Source: Haliotis cracherodii
Lineage: Eukaryota
Direction: 5' to 3'
Assembly (NCBI RefSeq): GCF_022045235.1
Contig: NW_027266308.1
Location: 22,878,001 to 22,942,000 of the forward strand
DNA length: 64,000 nt
Shown here: piece by piece, positions 1 to 12,545 of the stretch
Position numbering within the stretch: the stretch's first letter is position 1
Layout: every line of letters starts with the position of its first letter
The notes under the pieces: generated by a model
What the model saw: only the letters and a program-made list of their open reading frames with translations
What the model was told of the DNA's origin: nothing
The model's database searches: none
Made by a program: the position numbers and the translations under genes

Positions 1-210
1 CTTAAAAATTGGATTTGACCAAAACAATTACAAACGTTTTTAAAACGTTACAAGGATGCAAACACACGATTTAAACACAGCTATGATGCCCGTATCAACT
101 ACATCACCATCGTATAACCATTTCTTGTTGGGTTTTTTAACCATCATCACACATGGATGTATACTTTCTTTTGCCCGGCGGTTTATATCTTGGATAATGA
201 TTCCTGCTAT

Positions 211-490
211 GAGTGAGTGAGTTGGGTTTAACGCCGCTTTTAACAGTATTCCAGTCATATATCGCGGCGTGTCAGCTTAATGTGGGAGGAAAGCCCGAAG
301 TGATGCAGGTCTCCGACGTTTACCACTTCGGTGAAACCCACGAGCACGGGTATGGTGCTGACAAACCTAGAAACATAATAGGTTCGAACCGGGATTCGAA
401 CCCACAATCTTAGGTTTCTGGTGTGCCCAAGGGACGCATCTCCGCACAGCATATCGCGGCGCCTTAGACGACTGGGCCACCCGTGCCCCC
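211..490 (-). mobile_element. tRNA(Leu)-like-headed SINE family D
   Basis: Flanked by gattc(c/t)tgctatga. Other copies at about 14920-15110(-), 19275-19513(+), 22010-22128(+), 34391-34520(-, TSD tcgcccaaaagag), 45400-45560(-), 61490-61930(+, interrupted). Confidence 0.85.
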
Positions 491-526
491 GATTCTTGCT
501 ATGAATGCACTGTAGTTACTGACAAA

Positions 527-762
527 CCTGTGAAGATCCGGGTTGGAATTGATCTGCAGCAACCCGTGCTATTGAAAGAGGCGACTAACGGGATCAGGTA
601 GTCAGGTTCCTGACTTGGTTGATGCATGTCATCGTATCCCAATCGGTGGATCGATGCTCTTATTATCAATCACTGGATTGTCTGGTCCAGACTCGATTAC
701 TTACAGACCGCCGTCATGTAACTGGAATAATGCTGAGTGCGGCGTTAAACAACAAACAAACA
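527..762 (+). mobile_element. SINE family C (non-tRNA structured head; TSD AGTTACTGACAAA)
   Basis: Head CCGTGAAGATCCGGGTT.GAAT..., tail GCTGGAATATTGCTGAGTGCGGCGTTAAAC(AAAC)n. Other copies at about 2966-3075, 18530-18731, 21697-21878, 32170-32350(-), 44943-45390(-, two copies), 53591-53797, 55474-55538. Confidence 0.85.
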
Positions 763-1057
763 GTTACTGACAAATAAAGAAGAAACTAACCTTTAAAAAA
801 CTGAGATCAAGCTGCTGCAATATATCGCGAGGGACAACCATGCATTATACTTTGTAAATCATAAAGAACAATGTCAAAAACTCAGCACGTTTAACCTTAA
901 TTATTTTGTCATCGTAGTTAAGGGCATGTGTAGCCCAGTGGACAAGTTCGTCGCTACTCGCTGTGGGTTCGAATCCCAAGCATGACCGGCCTTTGATCCA
1001 TGTGTGTCAACATCATATCCTTGTCGTGTATTCCTCTCGTGTTACTTAGGACTGTGG

Positions 1058-1307
1058 GACCGCTTCCGTGGTCTCGTGGTAGAGCGCCCGCCCGGAGAGG
1101 GGAAGATCCGGGTTTCGATCCACGGCCGCGTCATACCAAAAGACGTTAAAGATGGAACTTGTTGTTACCCTGCCTGGCGTTCGACATTAAGGGGCTAAAA
1201 GAAGGAGTGGTCGGCTATGAGATAGTTTACTGTGTCTGAGTGGGTTATTCATGTTTAACTGTGGCATGGTGCCTCAGTGAGCTAGCACTTTTAAATCGGC
1301 ATTAGTC

Positions 1308-1346
<39 letters not shown>

Positions 1347-1420
1347 GTGCATGCACGTCGCTATATATAAGGGCAATAATCTTGGACGTGACGTTAAACC
1401 CCATTTCACCTCACCTCACT
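1058..1420 (+). mobile_element. tRNA-derived SINE family A
   Basis: A box/B box head, GTCATACCAAAAGACGTTAAA..TGG body, (CACCT)n tail; contains (CA)n. Confidence 0.88.
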
Positions 1421-2199
1421 TGGGACTGAGTAGTTTCCCCCAATAAAAAAACCCACGAAAAAATGCTTTAAGTTTACACCAACTGAGTCACTCACCTACT
1501 CTTTTCACAACACACGTGTGTCTAGATTTGAACATATATTACTCAAAAGAAGTTAAACACCTCTCGATTCTTTCATTTCACATTAGTCAATCTGTCATGA
1601 CATATATGAAAGAATCGGATGGTGCTTAACTTTTTTTGGGGTATTATACATATGCATATCGTGGGATTGTCTTATTTTATGTATTCCCGTTTGACTACAT
1701 GACCTACACGCTGATCATAGAGTACTTCAGCGCTCATGTCACCTCTGCCATGTGCGTGTATCTAAGTGACACTGAGACAGATTTGAAAACTTTTGACCTG
1801 TCACATGAAGCATCTTCACCCACACACTGGTGTCTTACACAATGTATCAAACGCATCCATTTGCTGCGGCTGAACGCGCGACCCCGAGGCCGAGTGGGCT
1901 TCTCACCTTGTCTGTTCACGTTAACACCTGAAACAATGATCTATATACAGTGACTGGTAGTCAGTCATACAGACCCTGAAACACATATGTCCAGTACACC
2001 CCATGCCAGTCTATAATATTTGGCATGTCTGGATTAGTCTAAGAAATGGCCACCTTTTATTATATTTTTAACGAATTTAAAGATTTAATTTAACAGCTTT
2101 TTTTTTTCTGTAAAATATGTTCATTTCAGAGACTAGATATTAGTCAAAGTGAATGACCTTGCCTGACATATAGCAACGTGCCCTCGTGTACATAACAAA

Positions 2200-2965
2200 G
2201 TACCTTGTAAGGCCCTGTCCACCGGTACCTGATGTAACACCCTGTCTCTCTGTCCTTAACGTAACACTGTGTCCACTTGTAAGTAGCATAACGTTCTGTC
2301 CACATAACGTAACACCCTGTCCACTTGTCCTGAACGTAACGCTCTGTCTACCTGTACTTAGCGTAACACGATGCTCACCTGTACTTAACGTAACACTCTG
2401 TCTACCTGTACTTAACGTAACCCTCTGTCTACCTGTAATTAACGTAACGCTCTGTCTACCTGTACTTAGCGTAACACGATGCAAACCTATACTTAACATA
2501 ACACTCTGTCTAACTGTAATAACCTAACACCCTGTCAATCTATACTTAACGTAACACCCTGTCAGTCTATACTTAACGTAACTCTCTGCCCACCTGTACT
2601 TAACGTAACACCATTTCAATCTATACTTAACCTAACACTCTGTCTACCTGTACTTAGCATAACACGATGCAAACCTATACTTAACGTAACACTCTGTCTA
2701 ACTGTAATAACCTAACACCCTGTCAATCTATACTTAACGGAACACTCTGTCTACCTGTACTAAGCGTAACACTCTGTCTACCTGTACTTAACGTAACACC
2801 CTTTCAATCTATACTTAACCTAACACTCAGTCTACCTGTACTTAACGTAACACCCTGTCTATCTTTTAAGCGTAACACCCTGTCAATCTAACAATCTGTC
2901 CACCTTTACCTAACGTAACCCCCTAGCCACGTGTACTTAACGTAATACCCTGTCCACCTGTACTT
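2200..2965. repeat. 27-bp minisatellite (CCTGTACTTAACGTAACACTCTGTCTA)n
   Basis: Direct tandem periodicity, visible as a 9-aa period in the ORF track. Confidence 0.93.
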
Positions 2966-3105
2966 GCGTGGATTGATGCTCATGATATCAATCACTGCAT
3001 TCTGGGCCGGACTCAGTTATTTACAGACCGCCGTCATATAGCTGGAAAAATGCTGGGTGCGGCGTCAAACAACAAAGAAATGATGTATTACACGTTGATC
3101 GGCTT

Positions 3106-3156
<51 letters not shown>

Positions 3157-4095
3157 AATGTACGTCACTCTATAAGTGCAATAATCTTGGATGCCATTTC
3201 ACCTCACCTCACGATAATGACGGCAAATGATTATTTGTAGAAGCGGCTGTAAAATACTCAACTCAGCGATCCTGTGACGCCTTTGTTGGTTATCGTCAGT
3301 ATATTTGCACAAGACACTGTGAACATAGAAACTAGCTGTAACGTTGAAATGCAACAACATGTGTTTCTGAAGGTTGACGGTGGCTGGGTAATACACCCCA
3401 CTTTAACGTATAGTACACATAGAATTATTATAAGAGTGTGTTGTACTTATTATACAAAAAGAGTGTGAAGAGTATTGTATTTCACGAACAGTAATACACA
3501 TATGGATGTCATAATTTATTTATTATCGATAATTAATAAACAACTTAAAGCAGAAGCAGAAAGCAGCTATGGGGAGAGCTCGACATGACGGCAACATTGA
3601 TACAGTAATTCGCCCCGGGCCGCTTCGTTCAATAACTCACGGTGCGCTTTCGGTTCCAAATTTAATTTAGCGCTGTTTAATGTACAGTCAAGTAACCTGG
3701 CTTTATATTGAAAACCAAATGCGTTTCTCCTAAAGAGACATTTTACGACGCTTGTCGCACTATTGAGACAAAACACAGCCTTTTTAATGATAAACAAGAG
3801 CTGTAATACATAAATTTCTCTGAAACACGAGTGGTAAACAAGATATGAAAGTGATTTACTCTGTAATTAATGTCGTATAAATTATTTTAATACAGGCATA
3901 CTGATGAGACAACCATCATTCTCGAGGTATCTTATGCTGTTAGATCCTCGTTAAAAGTTTCTGTGTTTTCTGATGTGAGGCGTTAATGAGCATTCCACGC
4001 CCGTGCATTTAAACATGGTTATTACTTATAAACTGCCGGGCAACAGGAAGTATACATTTGATAATTGTATTCGAACAAAAAAACCACATTATTAG

Positions 4096-4565
4096 TAGGG
4101 CTGTGACGAGTCCAAATTTACTACCCGGATACCCACCTCCCTATTACCCGGCCCTACCCGGGAACTCACGTCACTGTAGGTCTTAGGAGATGTCTCAAAA
4201 TGTCCGATTGGGAACATGTGTAGCATAGCCCTGGCAAAACGTTTTTAGATACATGTATTAAACAATCTGGTCATTCATACACTGAAGCTGAATTAAGTTA
4301 TACGCTCGTATCTTTATTCAACCATATGAAAAATCGGAAGGAATGGGTGCACAGTCAGAAAGAAATGCGAACATTAGTGACTTGTAGTGTTACCATAGAG
4401 TTCTAGATATGTTTTGTCATTAAACAATATATCACGTGAGTAATAGAGTTCTAGATAATTTTGGCCATTAAACAATATATCACGGGTCCGGGTAGCCATG
4501 TGGGTAGCCGGGTCCTACTCAGTACCCACCCGACCCGGGTACCCGAGTTACCCGTCCCAGCCCAA
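4096..4565. mobile_element. hAT-type non-autonomous element (8-bp TSD ATTATTAG) nested in a MITE
   Basis: TIR tagggctgtgacgagt / acccgtcccagcccaa; subterminal ACCCGG motifs; TSD at 4088-4095 and 4566-4573. Confidence 0.85.
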
Positions 4566-5396
4566 ATTATTAGGCTGAAAACAGTCGCCGAAACACTGTA
4601 AACTTAAGGTCCACAGTGATACCCGTGTCAAATACATCTCAAGCGAATACCATTTCTAGTTTGTTTCATTTAGGCAATCAAACATGGGTGTATACTTTCC
4701 TTTGCCCGGGAGTGTATTTCAAAGATGTGCTTTGCATTCGCCTAAACCCGAGAAGGTATAATCCAAAAGTGAAGCCTCACAATAAATGCCACACCAGTAT
4801 AACTCGTGAAATGAAGGACTTTTCCTTCAGTAAGACCGTTGTCAATACACAACAAAAATCACATCACCAATTTGCTTTAGACCAAGATCTACAGTATAGA
4901 CATAAATAAAGTATGGGTATGGTTGCAAGACGTTACAATATTCCCTTGTTGATACCTAAATCCATGAGACAGATTATGTCAGTTGGAGGAGATACAGTCG
5001 TCTGCTTTGACGTTCACATGCCCAGGACTGTTGCCCAGACAGCGCTTAGTATACGCCGAACATACCACACAATCTTCCGTCTCGCCACAGCGATTCTGAC
5101 ATACGTCCAGTCCTGTAAGGTGGAATCGTAACAGGTGGTTCATATCCACAGAAGCCTACGCCTGTATGACACAATTGTCCATTGTAGGGTAGGCCAATGG
5201 TTAATGTGTTCCCCAGTACATAAACCTGGTTCGAATCCACTCACATGGCTGCTGAAATGTTAATGTTTTCTCCTTATTTACACTCCTTACACTAACTTGT
5301 ACGAGCATTACCATATCCTGATCATTACAGAGAATGGCTATACCATAGTATAGAATGTATACTGGAGGCACGGTACTCGGCAGTGTTCAGTTGGTG

Positions 5397-6725
5397 TCAG
5401 TTGCTGTGGCCTGCTGCATCTGTTATAACGAACCTTCTGAGGTAGTTGCAGGTTCTGAGGGAGTCCCACCACTGAGATACCTCACCATCCTCCTCTCCTA
5501 CCTCCTCCAGCGCCATCTGGCGGGCACGCAGCTGCTGAACCATCGGCACCGTCTTCATCCACTTCTCTGCCTTGTAGCGACATCTATCCAGTTCCGTCTT
5601 GCCTTCATCTACTTCCGGTTTACTTTCCTTGTCGCCATCCTGGCCAGGTTTCGCCAAAGAGGACTCTTTCTTCCCGATGGCAAATGTCTGATTCCTTTCT
5701 TTGTTTGCATTCTGCCATTGGCCCGGATCGGTGTATCTCAGTGTCAGGTCATGTGATGCCCGCACCACGAGCGAGGAACGTGCCTGGCCATGCTGCCCTC
5801 TTTGGTAGATCATGGCGGTTTTAATCAGCCTCTCGACTGGCTTCGTTTCGATGGAGTTAGCTTCAAGACGCTTGATTTTGTCAATATATTCAGCTGGATT
5901 TTCTTTCACGTGTCTTAAATACTCCGTCACAGCCTTATGTGCATTCTTATTGAAATCGTCCTCCATCTTCTTCCTAGCCAGTTTAGTTTTTGATGAAACA
6001 TGTTTTGCCTTACCGTCGTTCGCAGCAGGGGAATTAGGCCTTGATCCATCACGAACCTCTCTATCCTGACCATCTTCACTTCGAGATGTGACAATTTCAG
6101 GCAATAACTTTTCCATCTCGTCGCACTTCGAGATGACGGACGCTTTTCTTTCAGAGACAACACTGTCTCTTCTAACGTCCTTCAACTCTCTCTTATTCTG
6201 TTGTCTGACTTCTTTGACTTCTTGTGTTTTGGTAGAAGCGTCTGTATCATACCCAGCATCCTTCAGGGCCTTGTCGTGGCAGCTGAAGAAACTCCGTCGC
6301 GGGAGGAAGGCGCTGAGTTCTTCTTTACTGAACTTAAAGGGCGTGATCCAGTTGTTACTAGACGCCCTCCTGGGGCAGGTGTACATTTCCGATTCCTTCA
6401 GAGATGGTCGTCTCCCTCTCCCACGTTCCTTGTCCGCCATGTTTCTTGCTGAATCTGATGAAGTCATTTCACCATCAAAACGCCTCTGCGTTGACAGTTC
6501 ATACTGGTGTTCCTGGACAGAAATATCACACTGCGATAGGTTACCGCTTGAGCCTCCAGTCAAGTTTGAGAAACTTTGATCCAGATTAATACATGTACCT
6601 AATCTATGCCTTATTATGTTTCTTAGTTTCGCCTCAGTATCTACTTCTGAGAACTGGGGTATGTCCAAGTATGCCCCAAGTCGGCCATCAGTAGGTATAG
6701 CATTTCCACCAGCTATCGTATCCAT
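5397..6725 (-). CDS. Uncharacterised protein, about 442 aa from the first ATG, single long ORF, charged/Ser-rich with a C-terminal WWDSLRTCNYLR segment
   Basis: Uninterrupted non-repetitive ORF of more than 1.3 kb (track 5397..6758; first ATG at 6725) in otherwise stop-rich DNA. No family recognised. The start is uncertain and upstream exons are possible. Confidence 0.7.
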   Translation of the reverse strand: MDTIAGGNAIPTDGRLGAYLDIPQFSEVDTEAKLRNIIRHRLGTCINLDQSFSNLTGGSSGNLSQCDISVQEHQYELSTQRRFDGEMTSSDSARNMADKERGRGRRPSLKESEMYTCPRRASSNNWITPFKFSKEELSAFLPRRSFFSCHDKALKDAGYDTDASTKTQEVKEVRQQNKRELKDVRRDSVVSERKASVISKCDEMEKLLPEIVTSRSEDGQDREVRDGSRPNSPAANDGKAKHVSSKTKLARKKMEDDFNKNAHKAVTEYLRHVKENPAEYIDKIKRLEANSIETKPVERLIKTAMIYQRGQHGQARSSLVVRASHDLTLRYTDPGQWQNANKERNQTFAIGKKESSLAKPGQDGDKESKPEVDEGKTELDRCRYKAEKWMKTVPMVQQLRARQMALEEVGEEDGEVSQWWDSLRTCNYLRRFVITDAAGHSN

Positions 6726-9335
6726 CGTTAGGGCGACCTCAATATCAATACCACACACAATGCCAACTAATATTATCCCTAATGTTTCGACACACTATCA
6801 GTCTTGTCTTTGTAAACTCCTTTGTTATTGGTATGTGTTCATCTGATAGGGAAGAATGTAGTTACTCCGTGTTCACATATCCTTTCACAATGTGGCGTGA
6901 CCAACAAACAGCGCACATCGGTGTTCGCTGGCCCACATCAACCACTATTATACTACAGAGAGGTTTACCTTTCATCTCGTGCAATTACAACACAAGATTT
7001 AAAGAGGTACTCGGGAATCGTTGATAAGCATAAGTAAATAATTGAACAGGCCTATATGCCGCTTTTGGACTTGGTGGAACATCGAAATAATGTCCGGATT
7101 GCAATCCAAATGGTCAACTTATATCAGCACTCGAGCTTGACTTGAAGATTATGTACACAGACATAGGACACTTGAACATGCTGTTGGAATTGCCGATCCA
7201 AAATTGCTTAATGGAATGTCCTTGAGTGAATACCGTTGTCAATAGGCCAGACTGTAATGTGATAAGCTGAATAGATTCGGCAATGCAGTGACTTCCTTCG
7301 CCAACAATATTGTGTCATATTTGTCCACAAAAACACACGTTCCATACACTTTATCCCACAAGGCCTGGTTGTCATTTTGTTTCACCATGCTGTCTGCTCT
7401 GTTACTCGTTTTGTATGATTGTGATTTCTGTGATCTGAGTCCAAGTTGCCTTTGTACGAGATGGTGCCCAGTAATCCATATATCCGACTGTGTAACGGTC
7501 AACTTTTACCCATCGAAACATTCACTCAAAATTTGCCTCTACCAAGTTGTGCCACATCTTGCAGACGGTGATTGTGGTGTAACCGTTTGCTTTACCAAAA
7601 TGATCACACTCCTGTCGTACGTCTACTCCTGGCTTCACACGAGTGCCATCTTGTCCCACTCAACCACAGTGAACAGGTACCTACACCAGCCGAGTGTGTA
7701 CAGGCTAAGATAGGAGCCGTGACTCCAGCTGAAGACAAGAGTTAAGTGGTCAGGGCAATAGCAGTGTTTACATTCCGTGTATTATCTATCCCGGGAGACT
7801 CATGAGCATATCTCACAATAATCTCTCAGTGATTTCAGGCGCACTGATTTTATAGCCACAGTTGAGAGAGTTGTGAATGTACTTGGACCGTGTACAGTGT
7901 TTGGCGAGGGTCATTGAAAGTGATGAGGTCTTTATGATTGCTTGCACGCCATGCTGTGATCAAGGGTGTCGTTATGTGACCACCTTTACTTCTTCCATGA
8001 CACAATACAATGTCTTGTGCTGCTACCGCACGGCCTGTGACAGATTAAGGATACAAAAAACTGCGGCTAGAGTTACCTCGTCTATTGCAGCTCCTTCGTC
8101 CTAAACACCTCCCTTGGAGACCAACACACTCTCCGGTCTGGTCACGATAATGAATGTTTTTTGCAACAGCGTAACTAAGGTTGTATAAAAATATGTTGAC
8201 AAATCGTAGAACTAGTGTTTAGGTCGTGATCTATCCGAAGCTTCAGCCTAAAATCAATGATCGTGACGCCATACTGTGAATGTAGAAGTCAAACAATATT
8301 GTGTGTGTTTTATGTTAACATGCTACTAAGAAAGAGGTAAATAATGTACATTTATCCGACAATTAACCTTACATGTATTCGTCATGTCATGCGGTGATAG
8401 ATTAATTCTAGTAATATAAAAGAATCGGGTTTTCATTTACTTTTTTGAGTAGTATATTTGTAGTTAATTGAAACACAGTGGCACCTGTCTAAAACGGACT
8501 TAATGCAACCGGGATTTAAGTTCGGTTTAGATGGCAGTCTGGATTAGACAGATTCATCCTACTCGCTTCATCACGATGTTTCACTTATAGGCATGTCAGG
8601 TCAATGAGCGAGTGAGTGAGTGAGTATGATTTTACGCCTCTTTTAGCAATATTCCAGCACTATCACGGCTGGTCTTCACACATTGTACACATGTGGGGAA
8701 TCGAACCCAGTTCTACGGCGTGACGAGCGAACGCTTTAACCACTAAGCTATCCCAACCCACCGTAAGCCCCATAGAGCCCTATTCTCATAAACACAAAAT
8801 ACAAGGTTGGTGCACAGAAAGTACACTCATCTGTTGTGTGGGGTAGGGCTGTACCAGGGCTGGCTCACAGAGGGGTGGCAGCAACACCAGCACAGACCGT
8901 TGCCATGTGCTGTATAGTAGTGGTTCTACTGATCAGAGAAATGTTTAACTCCATTAAACCCATTGCGATTTAGGCAAGCATAAATCGATGGAATCGATAC
9001 AAGTTTGTTTACACGTCACATTAGATCTCGTTGACCCGGGGACCCTGCACTAACCATATACCCGTGAGACGCGAGGCGACCCTGGGGTGAGGTGTCCTCG
9101 GGTGTATATGTGACCGGGAATACGTATTATCGTAGAACGCTCAGGGAATACATGTTTTCGTAATGTCAGATTTACTCGGAAAATATACATAATCCTCAGA
9201 TTTGTCAGGTATTATACATATTCCCTGATCCAATACATTCTTTTTACATATTCCCTGAAATTATATAATTTTACAATTTGTTTATGCCATTAGTTACATC
9301 AAAGATAGAAATGTAACCACTTGCTGTTTGATGAA

Positions 9336-9502
9336 GGGGCGTTCGGGTAGCCTAGTGGTTAACGCGTTCGCTCGTCACGCCGAAGACCCGGGTTCGAGTC
9401 ATGACATAGGTACAATGTGTGAAGCCCATTTCTTGTGTCCCCCGCCGTGATATTGCTTGAAAATTGCTAAAAATGGTGTAAAACCATACTCACTTTCTCA
9501 CT
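9336..9502 (+). mobile_element. Short tRNA-derived SINE family B
   Basis: GGTAGCCTAGTGGTTAA..GCGTTCGCTCGTCACGCCGAAGACCCGGGTTCGA head and (ACTC)n tail. Other copies at 8608-8765(-), 9713-9872(-), 19100-19250(-), 19752-19912(+). Confidence 0.88.
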
Positions 9503-10006
9503 GTTAGATGAAACTGTGAAAAGATTAGATATAGCAACAAATATAGCAATAATTATTCATTGTAGTACATGTATCAATATTAAAATGCTAAGATAGTTTA
9601 TTAAGAAAAAATAGTAAAAACAACACATGCTTAGCTTTAGTTTAGCCTAGTTTTCAGTGCAACAATATTAAATGAGAAATTTCAGACCACAGGTCAACAT
9701 GTTTAAAGGCTAAGTGAGTGAGTGAGTGAGTATGGTTTTTCGCCAATTTTAGCAATATTCCAGCAATTTCAGGGCGGGGGACACCAGAAATGGGCTCCAC
9801 ACATTGTACCCATGTGGGGAATCGAACCCGGGTCTTTGGCGAACGCTTTAACCACTAGGCTACCCCACCGCACCTTCAAGGCTAAGCTGTTGTGTTACTC
9901 TAGAAACAACTCAAGTCTAAAATGTGGTAACAAAAACCAAAATGGTCAACGTCTTGATTAGGTAATAATAGTGCGAGGTTATCTGTTTATTTTAAATGAA
10001 AGCACC

Positions 10007-10112
10007 TGGGCCTCGCTCCACAAAGTGAGCGTAGCGCTAAGACGATCAGTCTCCCCTACTTAAAGAGTTACGACAGTCTTAGCGCTAAGACCGCTTCGTG
10101 GAACGGATCCCT
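10007..10112. mobile_element. Short palindromic MITE (Harbinger-like ends)
   Basis: gggcctcgctccacaaag...tagcgctaaga / tcttagcgcta...cttcgtggaacggatccc inverted arms; related fragment near 15604-15660. Confidence 0.55.
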
Positions 10113-10359
10113 GTGTCTTACTGCAAGATTTACATAATCAGTCAGTTGTTACTGATGTGTGCCAGTGACGTTTGTTATCGTTGTCAAATAAAACTGCATT
10201 CACATGAAACAACACATGAACATTTGTTGTTTGTCGTGTTAAAAAATAGGGACCCCCAAAACTAGTTTCAGGGAATAAATGTATGTCTATAACAAACGAT
10301 TTTTCGATCAGGGAATGTGTATAATACCTGAAAATTTAGGGATTACGTGTATTCCCCTG

Positions 10360-10511
10360 NNNNNNNNNNNNNNNNNNNNNNNNNNNNNNNNNNNNNNNNN
10401 NNNNNNNNNNNNNNNNNNNNNNNNNNNNNNNNNNNNNNNNNNNNNNNNNNNNNNNNNNNNNNNNNNNNNNNNNNNNNNNNNNNNNNNNNNNNNNNNNNNN
10501 NNNNNNNNNNN
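10360..10511. other. Assembly gap (N run)
   Basis: Run of n characters. Confidence 1.
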
Positions 10512-10896
10512 GGTTTGGTATTTAATAAGCTGCAGCTACAAAAACATATTTCTTCTTTAAAACTATGAGCCTGATGTTTTTAAAAAGTATAATGTATATT
10601 TTTGTGGCAGGCAATTACTTTTTTTAACAGTCTGGAGTATAAATATATTTTGAAGCATTTTCGGGGCAATTTCTCTTTTTAGATACAATCCCAGAATCTC
10701 AACTGGTCGGTCCTTTCGACGATTGGGCCACCTGTGTCTTCGTACCTGTTATGACTGTGCATCCACCTACCTGAGGTGTATTACACCAATTAAACTTGGG
10801 CTCACCGTTTACACTTGTCAGGGTGTAGGTGAAGTTCGGTAAACGCATGTGAGACAATTCTGATTAAAATGTGTACTGCATTCAATATCCTTTCTA

Positions 10897-11245
10897 GACC
10901 GCCTCCGTGGTCTAGTAGTAGAGCGTCCTCCCTGAGAGCGGAAGGTTCGGTGTTTGATCCTCGGCATCGTCATACCAAAAGACGTTAAAAGTTGGTACTT
11001 GTTGTAACCCTGTCTGGCGCTCGGCATTAAGGGGCCAAAAATAGTACTGGTCGGCTCGGAGTCATTATACTGTGTCTGAGAGGGTTTTTTATGTTAAACT
11101 GCAGCATGGTATCTCAATGTGCTACCATCGGCATCAGTCCGGACTAGTACAAGCAGCCACACAAATACACACACGTATATGCACGTCGCTATATAAGTGC
11201 AGTAATCTTGGATTTCGTGTAACCACAAACCCCATTGTACTACCA
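10897..11245 (+). mobile_element. tRNA-derived SINE family A
   Basis: Homologous to 1058-1420. Confidence 0.85.
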
Positions 11246-12545
11246 TTCCATGTTCGTGTGTTCTGTATTCAATATATGTATCATCATGTTTACTCTACAG
11301 CTTTAGGGGAAATATAGATCATCTGTCTGTCAGTCGTTTGAAGTGTAAGACGCCAAAAGTGACTGCCACATGGTATTTGTCAGTAGAACAGGGCGAATAG
11401 GTCGCGAGGGTAGGTATGATCTGGTATCAAGTTTCGGCCGAAGCTGCCTTTTATGATTAATATTCCCCGCCACGAAGTGCAGCGCGGAATATAGAAACGG
11501 CATTCGTCTCTTCTTTATTCATCTCTTCTTTAGGCTTTATAGGACTCTTGTTTATAATTTATATTCTCTACTATATGAACAAACATACGTGTTCCATTAA
11601 CATGTGTTTCATGGCGGGGGTAAGTGATAACGCTGTTTTCTTGTTGAAATTAGAATAATTGCAATTATTTTCTAAAATGTTATCAACGTTGGAGATTTTT
11701 TTGTAACATTAAAATAAATCTGGAAATACCTGCTAGGTTTTAGAAATAAGGAATCTGCCATTCAATCCATCAAGAGCAAACCCATTCAACCTAGCTCTCC
11801 CTCCTTTACATTTCTCAGTACACTCAAGATCACTGTCAGTGGGTACATGTATTCGTAGCGAACTAGATGTAACTCCTTCCACCGCTCACACAACCAGCAC
11901 AAATCCCAGGGCTATTGCAGATCCGACTAGTGGTCGATGAGATTAACTCAGCCCATGGAGGCGATTAGATTATGTGACCATATTGAACTGTCGAAGTGGA
12001 GCGACTGCTGGGAGATTTCCGTCATGTTTAAGGGAGTGCTAATTTATTAAATAGGACTGGATCGGGGTCGGGGATAGGGGATCGGGAATGGGGGTTCGGG
12101 GATAGGGGATCGGGGATGGGGATGGAAGATAATAGCAGTCCGACAAAATAACCCGAAAACTATTTTCCATACACTATGGCGATGTCATCGACAGGCTACG
12201 CGTATACAATAGTTCCGTCATTGATATGCCTTATATGCCATACACATTAATCACAGATATAATGACGCAGATAATTCCCTTCTCGTGAAACATAATGTTT
12301 TATTAGATAAAACGTGAAATCTTTAAAGAAGCAACAAAATAAACTTTGTGCAGCAAAATTGGCGATATCTGGGTCATACTTGACACGACGCATCCCTGAC
12401 GCATCCCACAGGTTGCTATCATGTACTTATCAGTAGTCACTATTTGATTGAATTACTCCTTGTATAGTGTTCTTTCAGTGCAAGCCAATTGCAGGGCGAA
12501 ACCATTCCTTCAACACTTGCACACCGCACTCTTTCAATGATGCCG

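Noticed and set aside
2140-2527. ORFs in the 27-bp array (also 35291-36700, 53756-54086, 55017-55424, 58954-59192)
   Set aside because: Open frames arise from tandem repeats; there is no splice or homology support.
5355-6846. Plus-strand ORFs overlapping the 5397-6725 ORF (and those inside 12546-14021 and the caspase-like gene)
   Set aside because: Antisense shadows of real coding sequence with no independent features.
9336-9410. tRNA genes at the SINE heads (families A, B, D)
   Set aside because: No complete cloverleaf or acceptor stem; each continues into a shared SINE body and tail, often with TSDs.
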